From contig JAYWIR010000014.1 of assembly GCA_036172245.1 (NCBI GenBank), positions 3,348,001 through 3,412,000 on the forward strand: 64,000 bases of DNA, written 5' to 3'. The DNA is from Raillietiella orientalis (Eukaryota). Under the pieces are notes generated by a model. That model was not told the origin of the DNA and searched no databases. It saw nothing but the letters and a program-made list of their open reading frames with translations. The translations under genes and the position numbers were made by a program. Positions 61,400 through 64,000 of the stretch are shown here, in pieces (the first letter of the stretch is position 1; each line of letters opens with the position of its first letter).

Positions 61400-64000
61400 T
61401 TTACATTCCTCAGTGGTCATTCTCGAGAAGAGTCGTTTGCACCGTTCCACACAGAACACGCCTTTCTACGGCATGTCGTTCCACAAATGGACACTTCTCT
61501 ACAGGAGCACAGGTCTTGGAAAATCCAGCCGATGAAGGTCGAGTGAACTGAGGGAATCCCGAGCCTGCATGTGAATTCAGTCCGGATGGAAATTTGAAGG
61601 ACCTGTGCAAGGTCGTACCGAGAACGAAGCAGGCACGGAACTCTTCCCTGTTCATTTGGCTAAATATGGCGAGCGCCTATTTCCGAATTCTTCTTCAAGT
61701 TTTTCACATTCTTTCCCATGGTTCACGTTCGATACCAGATTCGTTGATAGCAGTGCGACGAGACGTGCAAAGTCGTTGCTAGGAACCTGCTTCTCCCACA
61801 AGGGAGGTTCTCTTTGGAAGGCAGTTCATGTGAAATGGGACCTTGAAATTTGATATTCATAAGGGCATCGATGCTACGAGAAATGGGATACCACCAAGCC
61901 AATCGTTCTCCCTCATTTCATATACTGCATTGCCCTTTAAACTAAGTAATCCCTTTGAATTCCCAGAAACGCTCTAGCACTTGACCTTTAGGGAGCTATC
62001 TAACATGGGAGTGATGCAGAAGACATGCATAGGTATCTTGTATCTAAATCAGGTATGAATCGCTTATTTAAAAATCGCTGAAACTGGTGACAGCTAAGAC
62101 CACGAGTCCTAATGATATTCACGCACGTGGTCACCACAGACTTTACTGGATTCTTGGTCGAGCTCCGGTCACAAAGATGCTCTTGACTCACTGGCAGAAC
62201 ACGAAACTCTCCCGAGTCAGGACACCAAACGCTAATCCTCGTTCGGTAAGGCTAGGAGACCATCGTTTTCCCCAGCCGCTGACAGAGGTCAAGGCTCTGT
62301 AGCCACACCACAAGTTCTTTATACGGCAGGATTTCAATTTAATGACACTTCCTCGACCAAACCTTTTCTCGTGGAACTGCAATTTCTCGAAGTAAATCCT
62401 CGAAGATATGTATCTGTCCATCTGCTCTAATAAGAGGTGACAACTGAGCTGTGTTTTCATCACTTGTCCGGTTAAGTCCGAATAAAGGGAGAACATTTTT
62501 TGCATCCCGCAAATACAGAGTCGTTCAGACTAGTGGCTATCTCGTCAATCCCCTCAGGGACGGCTCCGTGGGATAGAAGTCCATCGAGCAGACTGAGACT
62601 GTCGGAGCTCAGCTGCAAGGCCTCCTTTTCTTTACTGGTATTTGACATTTTAGCAATTCATCATTTACAAAAATAAAGATTTCGTATATCATATTAGAGA
62701 TCTGAAGCGAAACATTTTGACCCGACCTGCACGTACTTTTACACTTGTGGTTGCTGACCAACCTGGCATCCTGTTCATCGGCAGATCTCTTTGCACAATG
62801 GACGTTTCTTGTATAGCAGCAGGAAGTAATCAGTAATTGATTCTTGATGATGAATTTTTTTTTTCAACGTTTTTTTTTTTCAAGTGCTGGCCAGCCTCCT
62901 ACCAAAGGGAGTAACTCTGACACATACAACTCTGAGGGCAGCAGGTTGCCCATTGCTGAAATACTTGTGCCTAGTGTACTCCTGCAGTAAGTGCACCACC
63001 TATTTGTGGGTTCACCGTTACGTGAGAATAGGTCTTTAGTGGAAGCGTTCGGTTCTTTCCTTCTCCAAGATAACTATTTTGAATCAAAGTCCGAAAATTA
63101 AATCAAAGCTTATCAGTTCAATTATACTTTTGGGCTATTAGTTCATTTTAAGGTAATACGATTCTCGACTGTTTTTTTCATCCAAGACGATTCTATTAGC
63201 AGATACTCCGTAGGAAAGTTCGAGTCGAAGTGGATGACCCGTGCATTTAAATATCGGATCGAGTTTCATCAGCTTGCTACCAAGGTAAACAAGCTATCCA
63301 TGTATTCTGAAGCCTTCCCCCCCTCCTCCACGCTCGACTCCTGAAGCAAACCCAAGTGCTTCCTTCTATGCAAACGTCTATTTCATCATTAGTTTCAAAT
63401 GTAGTTTCACGAACTACAGGTGCTCTGAAATTCAGACCGCTCCGACCGGGAGGTAGCCACCAGTCTCCTTACCCTTGCCCTCTGGGGAACGGCGCTCCGC
63501 CGAACGGATGGGAAAGACCGCTGGACCGCGAACACTGTGCAGCTCTCTCCCCTAGTGGAAACACTCGAAACTGATGTTCGCCTGACGCCTTTCCAGCCTG
63601 CACGCCAGTGCAAGTGCCTGCAGAAAGAAAATTCCAGTCTCAGTGACGGCACGATCACTCAGTCCATTCCCTTGATTTTCGTCACCCTCCCTGAAGCGCG
63701 CTAGAGGTTCCTAAAGAGTTTCCAAGAACCACGCGCTCATCCCCGGATGTAGGACGACCTACCCCGGCCTAGACTTCAGCTTCCTATGCATGGCGATTGG
63801 TTGGCTAGCGAGTAGGCTATGGATCAAATGGCTGCTTTTGGACAAGGTTCCCTCTCCGCCACCAGCATCGCCGGCGTCGAGAAAGGTTCCTTGTTGCCCA
63901 CTGAAACTTCACTCTCTGGCCAGCGAACGTGAGCGTGGCGATTCCAGGAGCTCGACTCGCAGGAAGAAAGATCGAGAATCAACTTTCGGTTCCGCTAGGC
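61400..64000 (-). mobile_element. Several decayed LINE ORF2 fragments
   Basis: EPWERM (61400-61860); CQIPVKRKGGL (62100-62650); LSKSSHLIHSLLASQPI (63300-64000). Confidence 0.45.

Noticed and set aside
1..64000. tRNA, rRNA or SINE genes
   Set aside because: None recognised by eye; a tRNAscan-SE or Infernal run would be needed to exclude degenerate copies.

Overview
Eukaryotic (animal, most likely arthropod/crustacean-like invertebrate) genomic DNA, not prokaryotic. Two intact spliced genes could be reconstructed by hand with consistent GT-AG phases. (1) A FUT10/FUT11-family GT10 fucosyltransferase on + (20131-21688; 7 exons, 421 aa) with six tiny 40-67 nt introns. (2) An inter-alpha-trypsin inhibitor heavy chain-like gene on - (signal peptide + VIT + vWA; 49942 to about 31826; 8 exons, about 733 aa; TATA + TCAGTT initiator) that mixes 49-83 nt introns with 1.8-8.4 kb introns full of transposon debris. 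Almost everything else is a graveyard of decayed non-LTR retrotransposons, mostly L1/Tx1-like with some CR1/L2-like, recognised from frameshifted endonuclease, RT, zf-RVT and ORF1 motifs; about three quarters lie on the minus strand. Most notable structures: two adjacent copies of one LINE, each interrupted antisense by a sister LINE (one with a clean 10-bp TSD); a near-perfect 790-bp inverted duplication of dead LINE sequence around a 3.9-kb spacer; an unidentified intronless decayed ORF with its own TATA/AP-1 sites inside that spacer; a roughly 40-bp tandem array in the 3' UTR of one LINE family; and a CpG-depleted housekeeping gene next to CpG-rich TEs. Gene and repeat-arm coordinates were read base by base. 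TE boundaries are approximate (about +/-100 bp) and family labels come from motif recognition only; no database search was run.
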